Positions 19,499 to 27,832 of a stretch of 64,000 nucleotides of DNA are shown here, piece after piece (the stretch's first letter is position 1; each line of letters starts with the position of its first letter). Under the pieces are notes generated by a model that was given only the letters and a program-made list of their open reading frames with translations, was not told the origin of the DNA and ran no database searches. The translations under genes and the position numbers were made by a program. The DNA comes from Polyangiaceae bacterium (GTDB taxonomy: Bacteria; Myxococcota_A; Polyangia; Polyangiales; Polyangiaceae). The DNA is taken from NCBI GenBank assembly GCA_965222375.1, contig CBDCTZ010000012.1:672001-736000 (forward strand), read 5' to 3'.

Positions 19499-20383
19499 TC
19501 AGGCTGCGCTGTCGAGTGCCATCAAGTCCACGCCCTCCATCCGGGAGATCTCGCTGATGCGTGAACGCAGCTTGCGCTTGGCTCGTTCTTCGAGCTGTCG
19601 TGCTCGCTCGCGAGACACTCCAAGCCGTCGCCCAAGCTCAGCCAGAGACAGTTCATCGCCTTTGTCGGCGAGAAGGCGGTTTTCGACGATGAAGCGTTCC
19701 CGTGGATCCAGTACCTTGAGCGCGGATCGCACCGTGCGCTTGACGATCTTCTGACGCTGGTCAGTGAGAACACCGTGCTCCTGACCTGGATCGGGGCTCA
19801 CCAAAGTGTCCACTAGGGTCGTCGCGGAATCGTCGAACACCTGTGTGTCCAAGGATACATCGCGGTACTCGAGACGCCGCAACATGCTCACCAGCTGAGC
19901 CTTCGGTACTTTGAACTGTGCAGCCAAAGCCTCGTTGGCCTTTTCCTTGTCCCCCAAGAGGTTCATCACGCGAACGCGCTCTCTTCGTAGCTTGAAGAAC
20001 AGCTTGGAGCGGAGCGCACCGGAACCAACGCCCACGAGGCTCCAGGAGCGAATCACGTAGTTGAGGACGTAGGCGCGAATCCAGTACGCCGCGTAGGTCA
20101 CGAAACGGTTCCCTCGTTCAGGCTCGAACTTCTTCAGCGCGTGGACCAATCCGATGTTGCCTTCGGCGACGAGTTCCGCGATCGGCACGCCATAGCGGCG
20201 GTACTTCAGCGCGATGGCGACCACGTAGCGCAGGTGCGCCCGAACTAATTCCTCGGCGGCAGCGGGGTCCCTGCTCTCAATCCAACGGCGGGCCAAGGCT
20301 AGCTCTGCTTCCCGATCCAGCCTGGGATATTTGTGCGCAGCGGCGATGTAGCGTGACAGGGCTGAGTCGTATTCGCGTGCCAT
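19499..20383 (-). CDS. RNA polymerase sigma factor, RpoH/sigma-32-like (myxobacterial SigB/C/E type)
   Basis: HLRYVVAIA, EGNIGL, KFEPERGNRFVTYAAYWIRA, RpoH-box-like RSKLFFKLRR, SRERARQLE region 4. Confidence 0.9.
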   Translation of the reverse strand: MAREYDSALSRYIAAAHKYPRLDREAELALARRWIESRDPAAAEELVRAHLRYVVAIALKYRRYGVPIAELVAEGNIGLVHALKKFEPERGNRFVTYAAYWIRAYVLNYVIRSWSLVGVGSGALRSKLFFKLRRERVRVMNLLGDKEKANEALAAQFKVPKAQLVSMLRRLEYRDVSLDTQVFDDSATTLVDTLVSPDPGQEHGVLTDQRQKIVKRTVRSALKVLDPRERFIVENRLLADKGDELSLAELGRRLGVSRERARQLEERAKRKLRSRISEISRMEGVDLMALDSAA

Positions 20384-20420
20384 TGAGATTGCCTTTCATT
20401 GGTGAGACATAGTGTTTATC

Positions 20421-20440
20421 CTAGACAATAGTTAGTCAAG
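20421..20440. promoter_or_regulatory. Imperfect inverted repeat CTAGAC-N8-GTCAAG overlapping a TTGACT -35-like element upstream of the sigma gene
   Basis: In an AT-rich intergenic ~40 bp upstream of the sigma start codon. Confidence 0.4.
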
Positions 20441-20735
20441 TCGTTCTAACCTGGTTTTGTCAAAGATATCGCTGTCTCTGTCTATGTTTCGTCCCACCTC
20501 TGTATTACCTAGCCGATTTCTGTGCGTTCTTATTCCGCCAAAGTTACGTAACGGCATATATCCACATTTCGGTGCTGGGTCCAGTTCACCCGCGGACTTC
20601 CGGATGGGGCGGCAAGAAGTCTGGATTATCGGTCGCTACAGACGGCGCATCGGAACGTTGCGCCGGACGACCAGACAAGTGGTCGAACCCCACATGAGCG
20701 GGGCGCCGCTGGAGAGTGCCCGTTCGGGCGTGCGG

Positions 20736-21059
20736 TCAGGCGGAGAACGAGGAACCGCAGCCGCAAGTGCCCGATACGTTTGGGTTTCCGAACTTGAACC
20801 CAGCCCCATGCACGCCCTCGACGTAGTCGATCTCCGTGCCATCGAGGTATTGGTAGCTTAGCGGGTCGATGTAGAGCTGTACCCCTTGGGATTCAAAGGA
20901 TTCGTCCAGCTCCGTTGGCTTGTCCTCGAAGTACAAGTCGTACTGAAAACCCGCACAACCGCCGCCGATCACCCGCAACCGGAGCCCCTGGCCGTCAAGC
21001 CCCTCGGACTGGGCGATCTCCTTGACCTTGTCTGCAGCGAGCGGGGTAATCGAAATCAT
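20736..21059 (-). CDS. A-type Fe-S carrier (HesB/IscA/ErpA family)
   Basis: LRVIGGGCAGFQY, GTEIDY, NPN..TCGCGSSF; start re-assigned to ATG 21059. Confidence 0.93.
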   Translation of the reverse strand: MISITPLAADKVKEIAQSEGLDGQGLRLRVIGGGCAGFQYDLYFEDKPTELDESFESQGVQLYIDPLSYQYLDGTEIDYVEGVHGAGFKFGNPNVSGTCGCGSSFSA

Positions 21060-21198
21060 CTTACTCTCGGGCCTCCGAAAACATGTACCGAACAGCGGAA
21101 TTATACGCCCGAAGGCAATCCCACGCCAGAGGGCATAGTTCACTGCGGGGGTGTTGCCAAGGGCGGGGGCCGTCAGAGCTGGCGGGGTGCGCGACCCC

Positions 21199-22038
21199 AT
21201 GACCCCGCGCTGGCTCCGGGTTGAGCATCCCTGGGCGGATCTCGTGCTCCACGTGCTGGCGCACATCCGGGATCTCGCTCGGTTCCCTTCAGGACTCTGG
21301 GAGCCCGGCTACGTGCAATTCGTCGCCGACGTCGCTGGGCCTGTCGAGGAGCGCGCTCTGGCCGATGACGTGTTCGTGCTCGGCCAGAGCGTCGACTCTC
21401 ACCAAGCACTGGCCAAGCTTCACCTGCTGGCCTGCCTCTTTGACACCCCGGAACAGGCGCTGCGCTGCATCGCCAAAGACCTCGCTGACCTAACGGCGTC
21501 TGATGTCGCTGCGCCTCGGTTGATTGGGGCCGTGGCGGCGTGCGGTCCGGCCGCAGAAGTTCTGCGGACCGCGGCGTTGCTAGAAGAAGAAGTGTGGCGC
21601 GCCCTGCCCGACGAAACGTTCGACGCAAGCCAACTGGAGTCAGAGCTAGTGGCCGTCCGGCAGCTCGCCCCGCTACTCGAGAGTTTCGAGTTGTTTGTGT
21701 CTCGACCCCTCGGTTTTCGGGGACGTGTGTTTGGCTCCGAGATTTGGGTTGGTGTGCCCGGCCCGACCAACGAGCCTAGCGCCCCACACGTTGCCTGGCA
21801 GGCGGGGCATGAGGCAACTGTTGCTGAAGTCGCTAGGTACGCGGACCAGCTTCTGGATGAACGCACCATCGAGCACGTGGCGCTGATCCTCTTTGCTGAG
21901 CGCGCAGCGGCAGGGCGGTGTGCAGCGTCCCACCGCACATGGCTCGAGGCCTTATCCGGGGTGCCGGAGTTGTCCCGCAAAGTCTTGGGGAGCGATGCTC
22001 GACGGGTGCTCGATACTCTGGCTTCGGATCTGGGCTGA
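21199..22038 (+). CDS. Hypothetical protein, weak zincin-like motif
   Basis: PLGFRGRV..EIWVG, WQAGHEATV...EHVAL; coding-like ORF converging on the radical SAM operon. Confidence 0.55.
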   Translation: MTPRWLRVEHPWADLVLHVLAHIRDLARFPSGLWEPGYVQFVADVAGPVEERALADDVFVLGQSVDSHQALAKLHLLACLFDTPEQALRCIAKDLADLTASDVAAPRLIGAVAACGPAAEVLRTAALLEEEVWRALPDETFDASQLESELVAVRQLAPLLESFELFVSRPLGFRGRVFGSEIWVGVPGPTNEPSAPHVAWQAGHEATVAEVARYADQLLDERTIEHVALILFAERAAAGRCAASHRTWLEALSGVPELSRKVLGSDARRVLDTLASDLG

Positions 22039-22049
22039 GCGGACCGTGT

Positions 22050-24227
22050 TCAGTCTTCCGCGGGTGCCGCAGGCTGCTGGCTGACTGGCTCGGGAAGCTC
22101 ATGACGATCCGGGACGTAGCGCACCGCCCCGAGGGTGCGCCTTTCGATACCCCCTGCGGTTCGCTCGTACAGAGTCAGAACCTGGCACTGGTCGCCGACT
22201 GGCGCGACGAGACGACCTCCCAGGGGCAAAGCGTCGAGGAAAGCCTGAGGTAGGCTGGCCATGGCGTAGCCGATGCTGACCTTGTTGGCGCCTTGCCACA
22301 GGGCGACATCGTGTGCGTCACCCGCCTCGACGTGCACGTTGTCATGCTGGGCGAGGAGAGAGCGGGCTCGAGCGGCCAGCTCGGGATCGTATTCCACGGC
22401 GATGACTTGACCGGCTTCACCGACGAGGTGGCGCGCAATCGCTGTGCCGTAGCCCGTGCCAGCTCCCAGGTCTGCCAACACGTCGCCCGAGCCAAGCTCG
22501 AGTGCGTCAAAGGATGCTGCGTAGGCGTGGAGCGCGGAGATGGTCGACAGCCCACTGTCGCCCAAGCCGAGAGCCTTGTCCTGGGCAGAGACGGCGACGT
22601 CCTCGAGCTCCACGAAGAGCTCCCGGGGAGTCTCCCGTAGCGCTCTTGCCAGCTTGCTACTGCACTGCAAGTCTGTGGCGTCGAGCACCTGCCGGCGAGC
22701 CTGTTGCGCGGCGGTCCGAAGCTCCTCGTCTGCCGCAAGGGCAAGGGGACGCCGTTGGGCGCTGACCTGGCCACTCAGGCCCCGCCACAGGTGATAAAGC
22801 CCCAACGTTCGCAAGCGCCGTTTCGGGCTCACGAGTTCGAGTTGTTCGTCAACGGCACGAAGGTAGTAGTTCTGGGCTGGGCCGTCGTAGATGAAACGCT
22901 CTTTGATTCCGCGAACGACAGGGGAGAAGAGCTCGTGTCGAAGGCTATGGGTTCGACGGAAATCGAGGTCTCGGGAGGGATCTACCCACTCACTCAGGAA
23001 GTCCTGATCGCCATCTTCCCACCATGGGTAGTGCTGTGGTGAAAACCCCGTCTTGTCCTGCCAAACCTCTCGTTCCTCGTCGATGGGCGAACCCGGATAC
23101 AACCGAAAAGGATCCACGCTCAGAAAGCCAGTGGTTCCCGCGTCGCTTAGGAAAAGGCGCCGCATGTACTTCGCGCTTGCGCGCAGAGAGGCTTCGGTTT
23201 CTCCGGGGTGGCCGACGATAATGTTCGCGCCAAAGGGGACGTTCTTTTCTCGTGCCCATTCCGAAACGGAAATCATCCGTTCGAGGTAATCGTCCAGGCG
23301 CCCGCTCTTTCGGATGAGTGCGAGCTGGGTCGGGTCACCTGACTCCAAACCAAAGCCGGGGCTTACATTCGCGCGTGACATCAACTCGATGTCCTCTCGC
23401 TCCATGAGGTCTACCCGGATCAGCAACCACACCTTTCGAGCGCGAATGGGTCGGCGCGCGAGACCCTCGAGAAACTCCCTGCGCCATCGCTTTTTCATCC
23501 CAAAGAGGGCGTCGGCGATGAACAGGGTCCAACGGGAAAGGTCCAGGAAGCGATCCAGGCGATGCAGCTCCTCGACGGCCGCACCCACGTCCAAAGGGCG
23601 CCAGGAAACATCGCGTTTTGCCCGCTCCATGCAGAATGCGCAATCGAAGGGACAGCCGCGAGAAAGGTAGATTTCCGCTTGGGACGCTACCTTTCGGGCC
23701 ACGGGTTGATAGCGTTCGAGAAGCTGCCAGTCGTAGGGCACGACGTTGTCGAGATGGGCCACGGCGTCGGGACCCTGAACTTGCATTAGGGGTCGCTTGC
23801 CCTGTTCTCGGGCCTGGACCAGGCGGCGCATGGGGTTTTCGCCATCGCCGACCACGACGAAGTCGAAGGGCGACTCCGGCCTAGTGAAATCCGCTGGCCG
23901 CGCGCTGGGGTGGTAACCCCCGGTTACTATCCAGGCGCGAGGTGCCAGGGCGCGAATGCGCTCCGCCAGGGCCATGACCTTCAGGTAGTCGTAGGACGAG
24001 TAGCAGGAGATGCCGATCAGATCGTAGCCAGGTGCGAGTAGTTCCGCCAGGTTCACGGCACCGAAGGCGCGCTCCATGTCCAGGTCGATGACGTCGACCT
24101 CTGCGGACGTCCCCTGCTTGATCGCCCGCGCGATCATCAGGAGCTGCGGAACGCCGAAGTTGGCGCCGCCGCCGAACAAACCCCCAGGCCAGATCAGCGC
24201 GACTCGAGGGCGATCCAGCTTGGGCAT
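22050..24227 (-). CDS. Cobalamin-binding radical SAM protein fused to C-terminal protein-L-isoaspartate O-methyltransferase (PCMT/PIMT) domain
   Basis: B12 domain (DLIGISCY, TGGYHPS, VVGDGE), SRGCPFDCAFC, FGLESG, IVGHPGET; C-terminal PRELFV, TISA, DLGAGTGY, VEYDPELA, GGRLVAPVG, VRYVP; TGATG overlap with the upstream peptide gene. Confidence 0.88.
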   Translation of the reverse strand: MPKLDRPRVALIWPGGLFGGGANFGVPQLLMIARAIKQGTSAEVDVIDLDMERAFGAVNLAELLAPGYDLIGISCYSSYDYLKVMALAERIRALAPRAWIVTGGYHPSARPADFTRPESPFDFVVVGDGENPMRRLVQAREQGKRPLMQVQGPDAVAHLDNVVPYDWQLLERYQPVARKVASQAEIYLSRGCPFDCAFCMERAKRDVSWRPLDVGAAVEELHRLDRFLDLSRWTLFIADALFGMKKRWRREFLEGLARRPIRARKVWLLIRVDLMEREDIELMSRANVSPGFGLESGDPTQLALIRKSGRLDDYLERMISVSEWAREKNVPFGANIIVGHPGETEASLRASAKYMRRLFLSDAGTTGFLSVDPFRLYPGSPIDEEREVWQDKTGFSPQHYPWWEDGDQDFLSEWVDPSRDLDFRRTHSLRHELFSPVVRGIKERFIYDGPAQNYYLRAVDEQLELVSPKRRLRTLGLYHLWRGLSGQVSAQRRPLALAADEELRTAAQQARRQVLDATDLQCSSKLARALRETPRELFVELEDVAVSAQDKALGLGDSGLSTISALHAYAASFDALELGSGDVLADLGAGTGYGTAIARHLVGEAGQVIAVEYDPELAARARSLLAQHDNVHVEAGDAHDVALWQGANKVSIGYAMASLPQAFLDALPLGGRLVAPVGDQCQVLTLYERTAGGIERRTLGAVRYVPDRHELPEPVSQQPAAPAED

Positions 24228-24601
24228 CAACCACCCTTCGACTTAGGGGCGTCGGGTGCTGGGGGTGCGAGGCAGGGCTCCGGGGGCGCGTCTGCACCAG
24301 AGTCGTCTGGCAAGGGAGTCAGGCAGGGTTTCGGCTCCGCGTCTGCGTCCGCTGACGCATCCGGTGCTGGCGGTTCGAGGCAGGGTTGAGGTGCGTCGCT
24401 GCTGGCATCCAATGCCGTACCCAAACAGACTTGTGGCCCGCTGTCCCCGACGTCGCTACTTGCGTCGATTGACGGTTGGGAGTCCTTGGAAGATTCGCCG
24501 CCGCATCCCACCACCGTCCCAAGCCCCGCGGAAGTCAGGGCTGCCGCGACAAATCGTGCTCGCCGCCCGAGGATGGCCTTCCTTGCATCCTGCTCGTCCA
24601 T
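24227..24601 (-). CDS. Lipoprotein-like peptide with four P-x-[PV]-C-L motifs; putative radical SAM substrate
   Basis: Leader RKAILGRRARFVAAAL..VVG^C33; PQVCL, PQPCL, PKPCL, PEPCL; sits between two radical SAM genes with 9-nt gap and 1-nt overlap. Confidence 0.75.
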   Translation of the reverse strand: MDEQDARKAILGRRARFVAAALTSAGLGTVVGCGGESSKDSQPSIDASSDVGDSGPQVCLGTALDASSDAPQPCLEPPAPDASADADAEPKPCLTPLPDDSGADAPPEPCLAPPAPDAPKSKGG

Positions 24602-24610
24602 ACGACCCTG

Positions 24611-25717
24611 CTACAAGATGACCTCGAGGTGAGTGCGCCCGTCGCGCCGATGAGCCGTGAAGCGATCCGAGAGCTCATCGTCGACATGCTGCCAGACGAA
24701 AGGGTCCGGGAACTTGCGAGCGTGCCCGCTCACCCATTCCGCGGCGGCGCCACAGCCCCCGCCGCACGTGGATGCATGCACGCAGCCTTGGCAGAACTCG
24801 GGTAGTTCGCGCCGGTACTCGGTTCGCTCCGGCGCCTGGAGCAGAGCAGCCAAATCCACCTCTGGGTCGAGAACGTCCTGTACCCCACCCAGGGCAGTAG
24901 CGTGCAACGTGCAGTTCTTCAGCCTGCCGTCCGGGCCGAGCGCGAGCTCCTGCATGTCAGTGCCAATGGGACAAGTGCCGAAGCGGATCGGCTCCAGCTC
25001 CTCAACCTCTACGCTGCAGGGCGGGACTGGCATCGTGCAGTGCAACGTCATGGCTTTGTCTCTGCCATAGGGCGCTGCCTGACGAAACGCTGTCAAGAGC
25101 TCGCTGCGAGTCGGCAATAGCTGTGCGGCGTGCTGCGCCGCGTAGCCGGCTGGGCTGAAGCGACTCAACGCGATGTGCGTTACGCCCATGGAATGGAAGA
25201 GCTCTAGAATCGCTCCGAGCTGAGCATGGTTCTTCTTGGTCACGACGACGCAGCCCACCACGGGGACGCCGTGGCTCTGCAGCGCTCGAATGCCACCAAG
25301 GGTTCTTTCGAAGTGGCCCGCCCCGACGTGAGCCGCATGGGAGTCTTCGTCCGGGCCATTCAGGGTGATTTGCACGTAACGTACCCCGACCTTGGCGAGT
25401 TTGCTCGCAACTTCGTCGTCGATCAGCCCACCGTTGGAGATGATTTGAATGCCGACGTTCCGGGACGCAATCAGCTCGAACAGCGCGAAGATATCGGACC
25501 GCGCGAAGGGCTCACCCCCGGTGACGGTGATGTGATCGATCTCCCAGCTGTCTAGCAGGCGTTCGACACGCCCCAGAAGCTTGTCGCGATCCGTTGCCGC
25601 CATTTCGGCGCCGTTGTCTTCGCGCCACTCGTTGTAGCAGTAGTCGCAACGCTGATTGCAGACCGGCGTCGTTTCCACCGCCACGCTGTGCACTTTGGGC
25701 TTGCCTGCAGTCGCCAT
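24611..25717 (-). CDS. Radical SAM/SPASM domain peptide maturase-like enzyme
   Basis: CNQRCDYC, TGGEP, ISNG; SPASM CPIG...ALGPDGRLKNC...CQGCVHASTCGGGC; start estimated at ATG 25717. Confidence 0.9.
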   Translation of the reverse strand: MATAGKPKVHSVAVETTPVCNQRCDYCYNEWREDNGAEMAATDRDKLLGRVERLLDSWEIDHITVTGGEPFARSDIFALFELIASRNVGIQIISNGGLIDDEVASKLAKVGVRYVQITLNGPDEDSHAAHVGAGHFERTLGGIRALQSHGVPVVGCVVVTKKNHAQLGAILELFHSMGVTHIALSRFSPAGYAAQHAAQLLPTRSELLTAFRQAAPYGRDKAMTLHCTMPVPPCSVEVEELEPIRFGTCPIGTDMQELALGPDGRLKNCTLHATALGGVQDVLDPEVDLAALLQAPERTEYRRELPEFCQGCVHASTCGGGCGAAAEWVSGHARKFPDPFVWQHVDDELSDRFTAHRRDGRTHLEVIL

Positions 25718-25798
25718 CTTGCTTGACAGCATACCAAATGTCGCTGCATGTGCGAGGCGGGACATTCGGCTTTACTCCTGACGCAGGTCTGCTCCACC

Positions 25799-27832
25799 AT
25801 GACGGCAATGGCTATTCGCCACCTTCGTCTCGCAATGGGGCTGCTTTCGCTATGCACCTTCTCTGGGCAGGCGTCGGCGGGACAATTCGACTCCCAGGGC
25901 CAGTACCTGCCGGACGCGACTGCAGAGTTCTTTCACTCCTTTGAGGGCGACAAGATTGCCGACCTGGACTGTAATGGCTCTTGCGAGGTCAGCATCGGCA
26001 CGACGGAACTCGCGCTGCACGCCAACCGCTACATCCAGGTGAACGCCAACCAGTCCGCGTTGGGCGTCGGAGTTTCAGTGCCTGTCGCAGGGACCTACGA
26101 AGCGCGGGTGTGGCTGCGGCACGCGCGCGCTTGGGTTCGTATTGTCGCCGAGTACGAGGACGCTCCCACAGAAGCCACATATCTATTCCCCTCCGGCCGG
26201 GTGACCAGTGACGGCTGGGTGGAACTGGTGAGCAATCCGTTTTCGCACGGAGGGCCCTTGGCCACTCGCACTCAGCTTCGAGTCAGTGGAAGCGGCCTGG
26301 ATCTGGATGCCTTGGAAATCCGACGAGTGGGCCCCGCAACGCCCATGCGACCCTGTTCGGGTGCACGGGATCCGGTTTGTGGAAGCGAGTCCGAATGCAT
26401 CGCGGAGTTTTGTCGAGATGGTGACCGCTACGTTCCTCCGATTCCCGCCGCGAAGTACCGAGCAAGTGTCACAGGCTATCTGCGCGCCAGGTTCACCCAG
26501 TACTTCGGTGGCCAGCGGTCTCGCGCGGAGAACCTGCCCCGCGCGCTCAGCGCCCTAGACGCGATGAAGCAGGCGACAACGCCTTGGCAGTATTGGAGCG
26601 CCCACTCACTGGCAGTTCGATTGCTGGAGGACTGGCATACCAACGTGTCATCGGGCATCGCCGCAATTTCGAGTTCGCGGCGCCTCGGTGTTTGCTTCAT
26701 CGAGGGAGTTGCAGATTTGACTCAAACTGCGGCACCCAGCCACCCGTCCCTCAAAGACGTGCTGGTGTCCCACGTTGGGCCGGACAACACCTTGGGGCTC
26801 GTTCCCGGAGATCGGCTCGTCTCCGTGGACGGCAAGCACCCGCTTCAGTGGGCCAGGGAGCTTCGGGACGTTCGCTGGCGCCACCACGTGGCCACGGATC
26901 CAGACGTGAACTCGGAACTCGCGGAGTCCATGCGACGCCTGTTGGTCGATTACGCGACAGAATTCGAGATCATTCGGTGTGATCCCAAGACGAAGACATG
27001 CGGCACTGTCGAGACCATTTCCGTCACCACAGTTCCCGAAGGCGGGGCGTTGCCTCGCTGCGACAATCGGCCTCAGTACCACCTCGAGAATCCACCCGAG
27101 TCCAGCCCTGGCGCGCTGGCAAGTCTGCATCAATTACCCTTCCAGCCGTGGCGAGAGCTGGTGGTGGAATCCCAGCCCGGCGAAGCCATCTACGGCATGA
27201 CCTGGGACAGCCTGTTCGGTACGAGTCAGGGGCTGACATCCTTCTTCCTCGAGTCCAATGTCTTCTTCAAACAAAACGCTCGCGGCGTGATTTTGGATCA
27301 CCGTGCGGGTAGCGGTGGTACGAAAGACGCGGCTGAGGCCATCACGAAGCTCGTGCGCCCCACGGAGATCATCGCTTCTGGGCCTACTTTCGTTTTGGTG
27401 GCGGGAGATGACGGCCCTCAAACCCTGGCGGAAGGCAAGCAGCGCTTCGACGTCCTGAAGAACCTGGCGGGCCAGGCCTTTCGGGTCGGCAGCAACGCCT
27501 TCGACTCGAAGTTGCCCGTGGCGCTGATTCTACATCGAGACGGCTCTGCCAGTGACTTGTTACCTCTGGGAATGAAGGGAGCGCCGAACGTGCGCATCTT
27601 CGGTCACGATCGGACGGCCGGGGCGTTCTCGTCCTTTTACCGATTCGGTTACTGGTCCCGCTACTCGCTCCAGATAGCTAGCGGCGACTCTCTTCGGTCA
27701 GATGGCACGCCTCTCATCGGTCGCGGTATCGAGCCCGACGAAATCGTGCCGCATACCCAGACGTCGCTGCTGGACGGGAAGGATGCACCCTATGCGGCCG
27801 CCCTGGCTTGGGTCAGGAGCCGGCTGAAATGA
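25799..27832 (+). CDS. Secreted S41-family peptidase with PDZ domain
   Basis: Signal peptide; LxDWHT; PDZ-like LGLVPGDRLVSVDG; ILDHRAGSGG, DGSASD catalytic Ser motif, RTAGA, GRGIEPD. Confidence 0.75.
   Translation: MTAMAIRHLRLAMGLLSLCTFSGQASAGQFDSQGQYLPDATAEFFHSFEGDKIADLDCNGSCEVSIGTTELALHANRYIQVNANQSALGVGVSVPVAGTYEARVWLRHARAWVRIVAEYEDAPTEATYLFPSGRVTSDGWVELVSNPFSHGGPLATRTQLRVSGSGLDLDALEIRRVGPATPMRPCSGARDPVCGSESECIAEFCRDGDRYVPPIPAAKYRASVTGYLRARFTQYFGGQRSRAENLPRALSALDAMKQATTPWQYWSAHSLAVRLLEDWHTNVSSGIAAISSSRRLGVCFIEGVADLTQTAAPSHPSLKDVLVSHVGPDNTLGLVPGDRLVSVDGKHPLQWARELRDVRWRHHVATDPDVNSELAESMRRLLVDYATEFEIIRCDPKTKTCGTVETISVTTVPEGGALPRCDNRPQYHLENPPESSPGALASLHQLPFQPWRELVVESQPGEAIYGMTWDSLFGTSQGLTSFFLESNVFFKQNARGVILDHRAGSGGTKDAAEAITKLVRPTEIIASGPTFVLVAGDDGPQTLAEGKQRFDVLKNLAGQAFRVGSNAFDSKLPVALILHRDGSASDLLPLGMKGAPNVRIFGHDRTAGAFSSFYRFGYWSRYSLQIASGDSLRSDGTPLIGRGIEPDEIVPHTQTSLLDGKDAPYAAALAWVRSRLK

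Noticed and set aside
19131..19754. 207-aa + strand ORF
   Set aside because: Antisense shadow of rnpB and the sigma factor gene.
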